DNA of 64,000 nt from Polyangiaceae bacterium. GTDB taxonomy: Bacteria > Myxococcota_A > Polyangia > Polyangiales > Polyangiaceae. The notes beneath the pieces are model-generated. The model searched no databases. It had not been told where the DNA came from and worked only from the letters and a program-made list of their open reading frames with translations. A program made the position numbers and the translations under genes. The DNA is taken from contig JBILLK010000006.1 in assembly GCA_044376115.1 (NCBI GenBank), forward strand, positions 256,001-320,000, written 5' to 3'. Below, piece after piece: positions 55,756 to 64,000 of the stretch (position 1 is the stretch's first letter; each line of letters opens with the position of its first letter).

Positions 55756-57162
55756 TTAAGGCAGATAGGCGCCCAAGTCGGCTTGGAACACATAGCGCTG
55801 GCCGAGCCCCTCGGAGAGCGAGACGATCTTCGGCGCAACCGGATCGGAGCCGTCGACCATGACGTCCTCAGGCGCGTCGATCCAACCATAGGCGCTGCTG
55901 CTCGCCGCCTCGACGCGGAACATGGCCCCGCCTGAGCCCGCGGGCTCGCTGGACGAAAGGAAGAAGGTGCTCTCGCGCGAGACTGCTCCCTGGATCTGAC
56001 GCTCTCCGGCGAAGAAGGCCCCAGTCGAGAAGGTGCGCGGTGCGCCTGCCAGCAGGCCTGAGGCCGAGTCTAGCGGCCATTGGAAAAGCCGCCCCGCGAG
56101 CGGCCCGCTGCAAGCGGAGTTCGAGCAGTATTCGCCCGAGACCAGTTGCGGTGGGGTGGAGGAGCGGTCGAGCGCGACGAAGGAGAACCGCGGCTGCGGC
56201 TCGCAGACGCTGAAGCGAGCGTAGGCGCCAACCTGCGGTACTACGTATTTGTAGAGGCCCGCGTGGCATAGGTTACCGTTGCAGCCGACGTTGTCCTCGG
56301 CGGTACTGACCTGGAGAATGCGCCTGAGGTCGAACACTCGTAGGCCGCCCGAGGTGTCCGCCACATACAGGTAGTCCCCAAACCAGGCGATACCTCCTGC
56401 GTGAATGGATATCGGTTTAAAATTGGAGCCCGGCTCTGGCTCGACGAGCAGCAGAAAGCGATAGCGAGGTGCTTGGGGATCGGTCACGTCGACGAGTGCC
56501 AAGCGCACCCCTTTGGGGGCGAGCCCCGGGTCAACGTCTTCATCGAAGTAAAAGCTGACCAGCCAAAGCTTGCGGCCGATCACGAGACCGCTCGGGTCGG
56601 CGTCGGGCGAGCCAGTGATCCCTTGCGGAACCCAAGTGGGTTTGTCGTTCTCGGAGCTCTCCCAACGAAACGCGTACTCAAGCCCCGGCGGGTTGCCCGG
56701 AGCCGAGCTGACGACGACCGGCGTACGATTGAGGTCTGCGAGCACGCCGGCGAGGCTCACCGGCGCTGCAATGGCCTCGAGCGCGTCGATGTAGCCGCTG
56801 TAGTCGTCAAAGCTGGGCGCACGGTCGAGCGCAAACGCGCAGCGATCCAAGCTGACGAGCCCTTGTCCCGAGCCGGTTGGTGGTGGGATGTCACAGCTGG
56901 GCGTGGCTGTGACGCAATCATCCAAGGGGACCCCACCGCCTCCGCCGCTTCCACCTTCGCTCCCGCCTCCGTTGGTTGGATTGCCTCCACCGCCTTGGCT
57001 GTTCCCTCCGTTCGGGCTGGTTGCTCCGGAGCTTGTTTCCCCGCCGCGATTAGCATTGCCTCCGTCGCTTGAAGTAGCTGTTTGGCCGCCGCTGGATGCG
57101 GACTCTTGCTGGCAGGCCGAAACCGCGACGAGGCTAAGGAAGCAGACCGCGGCTCGGTTCAT
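55756..57162 (-). CDS. Secreted lipoprotein with Gly-rich tether and probable beta-propeller domain
   Basis: Lipobox VSAC; WVPQGIT, HAGGIAWFGDYLYVADT, GLRVFDL, FSFVALD. Confidence 0.7.
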   Translation of the reverse strand: MNRAAVCFLSLVAVSACQQESASSGGQTATSSDGGNANRGGETSSGATSPNGGNSQGGGGNPTNGGGSEGGSGGGGGVPLDDCVTATPSCDIPPPTGSGQGLVSLDRCAFALDRAPSFDDYSGYIDALEAIAAPVSLAGVLADLNRTPVVVSSAPGNPPGLEYAFRWESSENDKPTWVPQGITGSPDADPSGLVIGRKLWLVSFYFDEDVDPGLAPKGVRLALVDVTDPQAPRYRFLLLVEPEPGSNFKPISIHAGGIAWFGDYLYVADTSGGLRVFDLRRILQVSTAEDNVGCNGNLCHAGLYKYVVPQVGAYARFSVCEPQPRFSFVALDRSSTPPQLVSGEYCSNSACSGPLAGRLFQWPLDSASGLLAGAPRTFSTGAFFAGERQIQGAVSRESTFFLSSSEPAGSGGAMFRVEAASSSAYGWIDAPEDVMVDGSDPVAPKIVSLSEGLGQRYVFQADLGAYLP

Positions 57163-57238
57163 GGTGAGCGACTTTACCATTGCTCGGTGAGGTGCCGCGT
57201 GAGCTGTTCCACCGAACGCGACCATGGCCCCGGGTTGA

Positions 57239-58198
57239 TCAGCGGCTGGCCAACGCCATACCGAACGCGAGCAATAGCACCAAGCTGAGAACCGAGAAGC
57301 CCCCGAAGGCGGAGAACTGAGCACCCAAAAGTTGGGTATGGGCATCCGAGCGCCCGCGCAGGCGTTGCTCCAAGATCCTGCAGTAGGTTCGCGCCCCGAG
57401 CACACCAAACACGATCGCGAATGCTATCGAGAGCGTGAGCTGAAGGGTCGTTGGTAGCTCCTCGGAGGCACCGAACAACGCCCGAAGCCCAACCACGAGT
57501 CCTCCAACGAATCCGACGTTGGTGGCCCAGCCAAGGATACCAATCACCTTCAAGGTGCGGGTCCAACCCGAAAGCGGTAACGCCAAGTGTGCGCCGGGCG
57601 CGTGTTCCACTATTGGGATATTGGAAAGAACCTTGGAGAAGGCCAAGGCGGCCGCAGGTCCACGTCCTTGTTTGGCGGCCGCGGCGGGCACCGCGAACTC
57701 GGTGAGCGATGCGCTAATGCGGCCGTCCTCATCAATCAGCACCCTGCGAAAGCCGAGCGCCAAGAGTTCAATCACGCCGCTGCGGACCTCTTCGCCGAGG
57801 ACTGCAGAGAGCACGTCGGCGTCTTGCAGCGGGCTGCTCACGTACACGGATTGATCGAAGGCGGAGTCTCCCGATTGCCATTCCACGCTCAGTCCGCGGC
57901 GCTTCGCCCCGACATCCATCGTGTTCTCGGGCCGAAGTTCAATGTTCATTGGGCGGTGCGCGCGGAGCGGCCCTTTGCCTCGTCGATAGCCTGCTTGCGC
58001 GTGAACGGCCGGGTGATCTCGCCGAGCGACGCGATCGTAGTTTGCAACCAACGTTAAGCTCGAGCTGCTGCCGCCGTTGTACTCGACCGCGATGTCATGG
58101 CCGCCACAAGGCACGCTAAAGCGGGACTTCTCGCTCGCTGAAGGTCCGGCGAGCGCTCTCAGTTCGTTAACCAGTAGGCTCTCGGGGCTCTCGCTCAT
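57239..58198 (-). CDS. Hypothetical membrane protein (three C-terminal TM helices)
   Basis: Soluble N-terminal half (SGDSAFDQSVYV) plus hydrophobic helices; ATG 58198. Confidence 0.6.
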   Translation of the reverse strand: MSESPESLLVNELRALAGPSASEKSRFSVPCGGHDIAVEYNGGSSSSLTLVANYDRVARRDHPAVHAQAGYRRGKGPLRAHRPMNIELRPENTMDVGAKRRGLSVEWQSGDSAFDQSVYVSSPLQDADVLSAVLGEEVRSGVIELLALGFRRVLIDEDGRISASLTEFAVPAAAAKQGRGPAAALAFSKVLSNIPIVEHAPGAHLALPLSGWTRTLKVIGILGWATNVGFVGGLVVGLRALFGASEELPTTLQLTLSIAFAIVFGVLGARTYCRILEQRLRGRSDAHTQLLGAQFSAFGGFSVLSLVLLLAFGMALASR

Positions 58199-58265
58199 GC
58201 GGTCGACCACTCTAACAGGCGCGCCGCCGATTCGAACTGAATAGCTCGAGCAGAGTCGCATAAAG

Positions 58266-58292
58266 ATTGTGTACAATTAGATTGCGCACAAT
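58266..58292. promoter_or_regulatory. OhrR-type operator
   Basis: ATTGTGTACAAT-tag-ATTGCGCACAAT: AT-rich tandem dyads containing TACAATT, upstream of ohrR-ohr. Confidence 0.8.
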
Positions 58293-58317
58293 CAAATGAG
58301 GTCATGTTGTTCGTGCC

Positions 58318-58767
58318 GTGTCCGACTCGCAAAAGCTCGATCAGCAGCTCTGCTTCGCGCTCCACGCCGCCTCGCGGGCGATGGTGGGGGCCTACCAGCC
58401 GCTGCTGGCGGAGCTTGGCGTGACCTACCCGCAGTACCTCGTGCTGCTCGTTCTTTGGGAGGAGGGCACGGTGCGGCTGTCCCGGGTGGGCGAGCGGCTC
58501 GCGCTCGATTCGGGCACGCTCACCCCGCTGCTCAAGCGACTCGAGACGCAGGGCTTGGTCATCCGCCGGCGTAGCCGTGCGGATGAGCGAGCGCTGGATA
58601 TTGAGCTAACGGCCGCGGGTAAGCGATTGCGCAAACGTGCAATAGGCTTGCCTCGCGCCATGGTTTGCAAGGCAGCACTCCCCGTGGACGAGCTGGTCCG
58701 CCTGCGGAAGACGCTGCATGAATTGACGAAGAACCTAGTCGATAGTCAAACGGAGAAAGCCTCATGA
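58318..58767 (+). CDS. ohrR: MarR-family organic hydroperoxide sensor OhrR (possible 2-Cys type)
   Basis: LDQQLCFALH, LGVTYPQYLVLLVLWE, LDSGTLTPLLKRLE, DER; second Cys near the C-terminus. Confidence 0.92.
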   Translation: MSDSQKLDQQLCFALHAASRAMVGAYQPLLAELGVTYPQYLVLLVLWEEGTVRLSRVGERLALDSGTLTPLLKRLETQGLVIRRRSRADERALDIELTAAGKRLRKRAIGLPRAMVCKAALPVDELVRLRKTLHELTKNLVDSQTEKAS

Positions 58768-59177
58768 ACGTCCTCTACACAGCTGTTGCCACCGCTACTT
58801 CCGGCCGAGACGGCAAGGTCTCCACTTCAGACGGAAGCTTTGAACTCGGATTGACCATGCCCAAAGGCCTAGGCGGGCCAGGCGGAGCGGGCACCAATCC
58901 AGAGCAGCTATTCGCCGCTGGCTATGCTGCATGCTTCGGCAGCGCACTCAAGCTCGTGGCCAGCATGCAGAAGGTTGCTACGGGGCCAGTGGCGATCACG
59001 GCAGAGGTATCGATCGGCAAGGGCGATAGTGGGTTTGGTTTGGCCGTCAAGCTGATCGGCAGCTTCCCGGAGCTCGAGGCAGACAAGGCGCACGCGCTAA
59101 TGGAAGCGGCGCACCAGGTCTGCCCGTACTCGCGTGCGACGCGAGGCAACGTGGAGGTTACGCTGGCGGTCGGCTGA
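58764..59177 (+). CDS. ohr: Organic hydroperoxide resistance protein
   Basis: GRDG, GTNPEQLFAAGYAACF, AHQVCPYSRATRGNV. Confidence 0.95.
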   Translation: MNVLYTAVATATSGRDGKVSTSDGSFELGLTMPKGLGGPGGAGTNPEQLFAAGYAACFGSALKLVASMQKVATGPVAITAEVSIGKGDSGFGLAVKLIGSFPELEADKAHALMEAAHQVCPYSRATRGNVEVTLAVG

Positions 59178-59275
59178 GTTGCGCGTCCCTTCGACCGCTC
59201 CGAAACAATAGCGACAAACATTTCGACACAACCGCTTCACGGTTGGGCAACGCCGCGCTGGTAGCGCTTATCGGC

Positions 59276-59602
59276 ATGCGACAACGCCTTTTATTGCTCA
59301 CTACGCTAATGGTCATAGGTTGTGCCGCGGAGCGCCCGCCCCACGCGCCACCCCCACCGCCTCCGAAGGAGGCTGCCGAGGCCTGCGCCAACAAGGCGGA
59401 CGGGGACGCTTGTTCAATCGCGCTCGAGGACCGGCCTCCGCTCGAGGGGACGTGCGTCAACGGGGCTGAAGAGGGCACGCTGAGCTGTCGGCCGAAAGGT
59501 CCGCCACCCGGTGGCGGCCCAGGCGGACCGCCGCCCGGTGGAGGCTCCGGCGGACCGCCGCCCGGTGGAGGCTCCGGCGCTCCGGGCGCTCCGCCTGGAT
59601 GA
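59276..59602 (+). CDS. Small Pro/Gly-rich lipoprotein with a 4-Cys core
   Basis: Lipobox VIGC; PPKEAAEACANKADGDACS...GTC...LSCRP; GGPPPGGGS repeats. Confidence 0.7.
   Translation: MRQRLLLLTTLMVIGCAAERPPHAPPPPPPKEAAEACANKADGDACSIALEDRPPLEGTCVNGAEEGTLSCRPKGPPPGGGPGGPPPGGGSGGPPPGGGSGAPGAPPG
59522..59575 (+). repeat. Perfect 27-bp tandem repeat (2 copies), in frame
   Basis: ggcggaccgccgcccggtggaggctcc twice. Confidence 0.9.
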
Positions 59603-59607
59603 AGGGT

Positions 59608-60981
59608 TCAGGCGGTCTGTTGCGGTAAGAAGCGCCGCTGAATCAACGGAATGTCCCTGCGTGTGACGCGCTCTTCCATCCAAAGGCGTTGCACGTGGGG
59701 CCCCGCGCGAAAGTCGGCCAGCTCGGACTCGGTGAAGGGGATGAGGTCCCAGAGCCGAACGGTCGGCGCGTCGGGCGTCTCAGGCGCGAGGTGACCCATC
59801 GGCCACACGATGCAGCCAGCGATGCCTTGCGTCGGGGCGGGCAACACCAGCCGGTCGCGAGGTCGAATCGGGCGTGTTTCATCATGGCCCCGATAACAGC
59901 TGAGCATCCATTCGAGCCAGCCGTTGGCCCAGGGACCGAGCTGAGACGAGGTCACGGTAAGCTCGACGAAGTCATTCTCGTCGCCTTCGTGCGAACCAAG
60001 CTGTGGCTGGTCGGAGAGGCCGTTGGTTACGGCGATACCGCTGTCGTTGTTTGCGCGCAGGAAGTGTTCAATCGCGACGCCGTCTTGCTCCGCTCCAATA
60101 TGATGGAGCGTGTGCTCGCCGATTAGCAGACTCAACGCACGTCGACGCGCAAAACGCGCTTGGGCTCGCCGGATCGCTGGGGTCTTCTGCCAGACCGCAG
60201 GCCAGGCAAAGAGGCCGTCCCAGCAGCGCTCGAGCGTTACTTCGCCGAGCTCGGTTTGCAGGTGTGTGCCTGATTCGGGCCACGCGCCTTCCGCGACGAG
60301 TTCACGCTGGAGTGCGCCCAAAACACGCACGACCACAGCTTGCTCGACGCCTTCTGGCAGCGGCATCGCCACGTCGGGGAGGCCGTAAACCCACATGCCG
60401 TTCGACTCGAGCAGCGGGCAATCCGCGTCGTCGCGCAGCTTCAAATAGGCCCATAGTGGAAAGTGATAGCCCGCTTCGGACAGGAACTCGTCCGCGCGCT
60501 CGGCGAACTCCTTGGCAGGCGTTGCGAGGTGGTTGGCGCGCGGGAGGATCACCACGCTCGCGAGCGGAGTAAGCGCTCTCACCAGCGCGGTGAGCGCACT
60601 GACCTTGCGGCTCGCTGCGGACTCGAGTGGACCGCCAAGATCCGGAAGGCCAACCAAGGCAGCGGTTTGCGCGGCAGATTGTCGTACCGCTTCGCGTAGG
60701 GCGGCTGGCTGTTGGTGCTCGTTGCGGGCGAGCTCGTTGGTCCCGCCGCTGAGTACCAGGTTGGTTGGACCGAGCTGAAGTTCGCCGCGCGTGATCGAGC
60801 GGTCCAAGAGTCGAGCCGGGAAGGGGCGAGGGTCGATGCGGCCCAGAAAGCCGCCGGGGAACTGGAGGCCGTCGCGCGTGCTTTCGACGTGGACACCGAG
60901 CTCCTTCGCCCGATCGATCAGCTGCTGTGTATCGAGTGCGGTTGGCAGTGAAAGGACGACCCACGCTGGCAATGACGTCAT
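59608..60981 (-). CDS. Hypothetical protein with DUF4261-like and C-terminal SUFU-like segments
   Basis: ESNGMWVYGLPD (DUF4261-like); AVTNGLSDQPQ...VELTV...LIPFTESELA (SUFU-like). Confidence 0.55.
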   Translation of the reverse strand: MTSLPAWVVLSLPTALDTQQLIDRAKELGVHVESTRDGLQFPGGFLGRIDPRPFPARLLDRSITRGELQLGPTNLVLSGGTNELARNEHQQPAALREAVRQSAAQTAALVGLPDLGGPLESAASRKVSALTALVRALTPLASVVILPRANHLATPAKEFAERADEFLSEAGYHFPLWAYLKLRDDADCPLLESNGMWVYGLPDVAMPLPEGVEQAVVVRVLGALQRELVAEGAWPESGTHLQTELGEVTLERCWDGLFAWPAVWQKTPAIRRAQARFARRRALSLLIGEHTLHHIGAEQDGVAIEHFLRANNDSGIAVTNGLSDQPQLGSHEGDENDFVELTVTSSQLGPWANGWLEWMLSCYRGHDETRPIRPRDRLVLPAPTQGIAGCIVWPMGHLAPETPDAPTVRLWDLIPFTESELADFRAGPHVQRLWMEERVTRRDIPLIQRRFLPQQTA

Positions 60982-61053
60982 GGTGGGGTGACGCTAGTCC
61001 GGGAATCGCCAAGATAAAATTACGGCGACGTCACACTTGGGCTCCTGCACACG

Positions 61054-61989
61054 ATGTCCCGACCGATGAAGCGTTTGGTGAATGGATTGGGAGCGGTTGC
61101 GTTGTTGGTCCTGGGCTGTGGTCGCTCGGATGGGAAGGCCGTGGTGGCTCCTTCGGAGGTGGTGGTGCCGAGCGCTTTACCCACAGAGGAACGCTCCGCA
61201 GCGCCTGCTCAGCCTGCTTCAGCGGCGCTCCCTGCTCAAGCCGTGTCCAGCCGGGAGAGCCAGTTGCGAGCGGAGATCGTCACGGAACTGAGGAAGGCGC
61301 AACCAAACCTCGAGCTGCACCGCCTGGTGATACGGGGTGATTCCGCCGTTGCTGCGCTCGGTAACGCGTTTGATGGCGGCGATAGCGTCTCGTTTGTCTC
61401 CTATCGCTTTGGGCCTGGCGGCTTTCCACACAACGACGAGCCGAGGTGGCATTCTCACCGCCAGACTTATTCAAGTACGATTTCCCTCTGGACCAGAATC
61501 TATGGTCTTAAAGAGGTCGCTCCAAGTGCGGCGCTCGACGCTCTCTTGGAAGAAGAGCTGGCAAGCAGCGTGGGTGATGGTGTTTCGGTTACGCTGCAAG
61601 AGGTTGGCGCTCCAAAGCCCGACCCAACCTTCTCTCTGCGGCAGCTCGTACGCGCCACAACGTCATCGCTCGCGTGCGAAGGTGGGCAAGTATTTCTCCG
61701 CGATTACAACGACAAAGGGCTCTTGCTCGAGTTCTGTGTCAAACCCAGTGGAAGCGTCAGCGGCAGGGCTCGCTTGCCGCACATTGGAACGAATACGCTC
61801 AGTCCGACAGCTGGGCCTCACGTCGGTGAACTCGTAGACGGCCTGAGCTTGGCGCCGAATGGCGAGCTAACCGTCTCTGGCAATTACACGCTGACGCATC
61901 GCCCAGCGGTTGCGTCCTTTTCGGGGGCGAAGCCGTCCGTCACGCTTACGCTCAAAGGTAGCTTTAAGTTGATCGAGCCCGGGGGCTGA
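61054..61989 (+). CDS. Hypothetical lipoprotein
   Basis: Lipobox VLGC; long ORF filling the gap; no family recognised. Confidence 0.6.
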   Translation: MSRPMKRLVNGLGAVALLVLGCGRSDGKAVVAPSEVVVPSALPTEERSAAPAQPASAALPAQAVSSRESQLRAEIVTELRKAQPNLELHRLVIRGDSAVAALGNAFDGGDSVSFVSYRFGPGGFPHNDEPRWHSHRQTYSSTISLWTRIYGLKEVAPSAALDALLEEELASSVGDGVSVTLQEVGAPKPDPTFSLRQLVRATTSSLACEGGQVFLRDYNDKGLLLEFCVKPSGSVSGRARLPHIGTNTLSPTAGPHVGELVDGLSLAPNGELTVSGNYTLTHRPAVASFSGAKPSVTLTLKGSFKLIEPGG

Positions 61990-62028
61990 GCGTCGTTAGG
62001 GGGCGTACTCATTGACCGAGTCCCTGGG

Positions 62029-62057
62029 GAGCGAGCGAAGCCACTCTTCGCTCGCTC
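62029..62057. terminator. 12-bp stem-loop between convergent genes
   Basis: gagcgagcgaag-ccact-cttcgctcgctc. Confidence 0.6.
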
Positions 62058-62071
62058 GCTTCCGTTGCGGG

Positions 62072-64000
62072 CTACGCCGCGCGGGGTGGCTGGCTCTGCG
62101 GCAAGTCGCGGAGCGCACCGATGAGCGGTAGGCTGATGCGCACGGTCGTGCCTTGGGTTTTCATGGTGTCGACCTTCACCTCGCCCTGAAGCGCGTCCAC
62201 GGCTGCTTTGAGCGCGCTCATTCCCACGCCGCGCCCCGAGATGTCTGAAGCTACCTCCTTGGTCGAGAAACCGTCGGAGAACAACGCATCCGTCAGCTGC
62301 TGATCGTTCTCTGCGGCCATGCCCAGCCGGGTTGCCTTCTCGCGGACGGCCTCCCAATCGATCCCGCGTCCGTCATCGCATACTTGAATGACCACACGGT
62401 TCTGCTCCTTGCGAGCCTGCAGCAGGACGGTCGCGCTCGACTCTTTAGCGCTGGCGACGCGTTCATCGGCAGACTCAACCCCGTGATCGACGGCGTTGCG
62501 TACGACGTGGGGCAAGGCCGCCCAGACCTCGGCGTACTCGACGGGCAGACGCAAACCGCTGGGGTCGATCAAGACCTGCACGTCTTTCCCGAGCCGTTTT
62601 GCGAGACCCTTGGTCAACTCGGCCAAACGTTCGAGTCGGCGGTCTGCAGGCTCCAAGTGCCAGGTAGCCATTTGGCTCGCGAGCTTGCGGCGGTCACCAC
62701 CATGCATGAGCGCCTCGAGCACGGTGGCCAGTTCACTCTTTTCGATTGTGATGAGATCGTCGGAGCGCGTCCCGGAGAGCGCATCGACTCGGGCGCTGAC
62801 GGAGCTGAAGAGCTGTTGCAGCTCAGCTGCCTCGACGGTCGAGACCCCGTCACCCCGCTCGGCCATGGCCTCCTCGATCTTGTGGCAGAGCTCTGCAAGC
62901 CTGTGAACCCCGAGAATCCCTGCGTTGCCCTTCACCGTGTGAATGGACCGCTTGACCGCAGCAAGGTCTGCAGCGGAGTTGCACGCGTCCTCGACCTGGC
63001 GGCCGAGTTCCGCAACCATCTCGCGTAGGCCGTTTGGATCATTGGTGGCCAAACGGAAGAGCGACAGGAGCTCGAGTTGTTCGACCTCGGCGCGCTCGCG
63101 AGCAACTTCGCTGGTGATGTCGGTGGCAACCAAGAGCACCCGCTCGAGCTTGTCCGCCTGCATGATCGGGCGATATTCGAGCGCAACGGTGCGTTGATCG
63201 ACGGTGGCGCGCTTGGGCAGCTGGTCGAGCAAGACCTCGATTGGTAAGAACGGCTCGGCGAGCTCCGGCCAGCCCATCGCCAGGCTCATGCCTGCGTGCT
63301 CATCGGCTCGCTCAATCCAGCTGACGAGCGTGTCGGTCGGGCCGATGGGGCCAAGCAACTGCGAGACCGCTGCCGAAGGTTCACTGCCCAAGCGACCATC
63401 GAGTTCGACGGGGACTAGACCCTGCGCGACGTTGTCGAGCACACGCTTGACGTCCTGGTTGCGCTGCTCGATCTGCCGCGCTGATTCCTGGAAGATTCGG
63501 GCGAGTTTCGCCCCGTAGAGCACGACGCCAACCACCATGAAGACCACGAGCACGACCAGCGCCCACTCGAAGCGTTGCATCGAGGTGGCTCGTCCAAGTT
63601 GCGCAGCGAGGCTCTTGCCCTGTTGCGAGCGAGCCTCATGCGCTAGCCGGCCGAGCGCTTCGCTGGTTGCGCCGAGCGCGCGGTCCATCGAGGCCATGTG
63701 TTTGCCGGCCTCTTCGACGTCGTTCTTGCGGAACGAGGCAAAGATGGTCCGAGCCTCACGCTCCATCTCGTGGAAGGCCACGTTGGCCAACTCGAGCTCG
63801 GCTGTGAGTCTTGCTGCTTGTTCTGCGGGGAGGCCGGCATTGACCTCTGCACGCGCGGCGATCAGCTGCGCGTCAAACTGCGCTACGTACTCGTCGAGCT
63901 TGCGTTCTTCCCCATCGATGTCCTTGTTCTCAAAGACGTCGTTGCCTGGGCCGTTCGCTCGCGTCGCGGTTTGCCCGAGCTCTTGAAAGCCCGCAACCCG
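62072..64000 (-). CDS. Membrane-anchored CheA-like histidine kinase (sensor - TM - PAS-like - Hpt - HATPase), no CheW domain; 5' end lies beyond the window
   Basis: Frame read manually is open from 64000; TM FEWALVVLVVFMVVGVVLYG; Hpt IHTVKGNAG; HVVRNAVDHGVE, DDGRGID, LFSDGFSTK, SGRGVGM; stops shortly after the ATPase domain. Confidence 0.8.
   Translation of the reverse strand, partial: RVAGFQELGQTATRANGPGNDVFENKDIDGEERKLDEYVAQFDAQLIAARAEVNAGLPAEQAARLTAELELANVAFHEMEREARTIFASFRKNDVEEAGKHMASMDRALGATSEALGRLAHEARSQQGKSLAAQLGRATSMQRFEWALVVLVVFMVVGVVLYGAKLARIFQESARQIEQRNQDVKRVLDNVAQGLVPVELDGRLGSEPSAAVSQLLGPIGPTDTLVSWIERADEHAGMSLAMGWPELAEPFLPIEVLLDQLPKRATVDQRTVALEYRPIMQADKLERVLLVATDITSEVARERAEVEQLELLSLFRLATNDPNGLREMVAELGRQVEDACNSAADLAAVKRSIHTVKGNAGILGVHRLAELCHKIEEAMAERGDGVSTVEAAELQQLFSSVSARVDALSGTRSDDLITIEKSELATVLEALMHGGDRRKLASQMATWHLEPADRRLERLAELTKGLAKRLGKDVQVLIDPSGLRLPVEYAEVWAALPHVVRNAVDHGVESADERVASAKESSATVLLQARKEQNRVVIQVCDDGRGIDWEAVREKATRLGMAAENDQQLTDALFSDGFSTKEVASDISGRGVGMSALKAAVDALQGEVKVDTMKTQGTTVRISLPLIGALRDLPQSQPPRAA

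Noticed and set aside
59500..59590. Tandem repeats as a CRISPR array
   Set aside because: No spacers, in-frame coding repeats and no cas genes.
1..64000. tRNA, rRNA, IS elements, integrase or prophage
   Set aside because: Intergenic gaps are short, with no cloverleaf, terminal inverted repeats, or transposase, integrase or phage motifs seen by eye.

Overview
High-GC bacterial chromosome segment, almost certainly from a myxobacterium (Myxococcota, Polyangiaceae/Sorangiineae-like). The signs are a MYXO-CTERM-type tail, a DUF2378-type gene, many lipoproteins with Gly-rich tethers, Ser/Thr kinases and a kinase-sigma54 activator hybrid. It holds about 56 tightly packed CDS; I found no rRNA, tRNA, CRISPR array, integrase or transposase. 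Content: partial sthA; acyl-CoA synthetase and amidase; three peptidoglycan-type enzymes; yebC; a kinase; peroxiredoxin; a radical SAM/SPASM gene coupled to a B12-radical SAM gene fused to a PIMT-like methyltransferase; yceI/LysR; several TetR/LysR modules with visible operators; MacAB-like ABC, RND and CzcCBA efflux systems; ohrR-ohr; a SUFU/DUF4261-like protein; and a partial membrane-anchored CheA-like kinase with no CheW domain. Most promising leads: (1) the rSAM/SPASM plus B12-rSAM-PIMT pair (15510-18889), a possible undescribed peptide/protein-modification system with no obvious adjacent precursor; (2) a Cys/His-rich leader ORF ending in an RGPP arrest-type motif and followed by a hairpin/U-tract just before czcCBA, a possible metal-sensing attenuator; (3) an orphan lipoprotein with bufferin/MNIO-precursor-like CxGxNECKGKGxC repeats next to a kinase-EBP-linked cluster of Cys-rich lipoproteins. 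All family assignments come from motif recognition by eye; no database searches were run.
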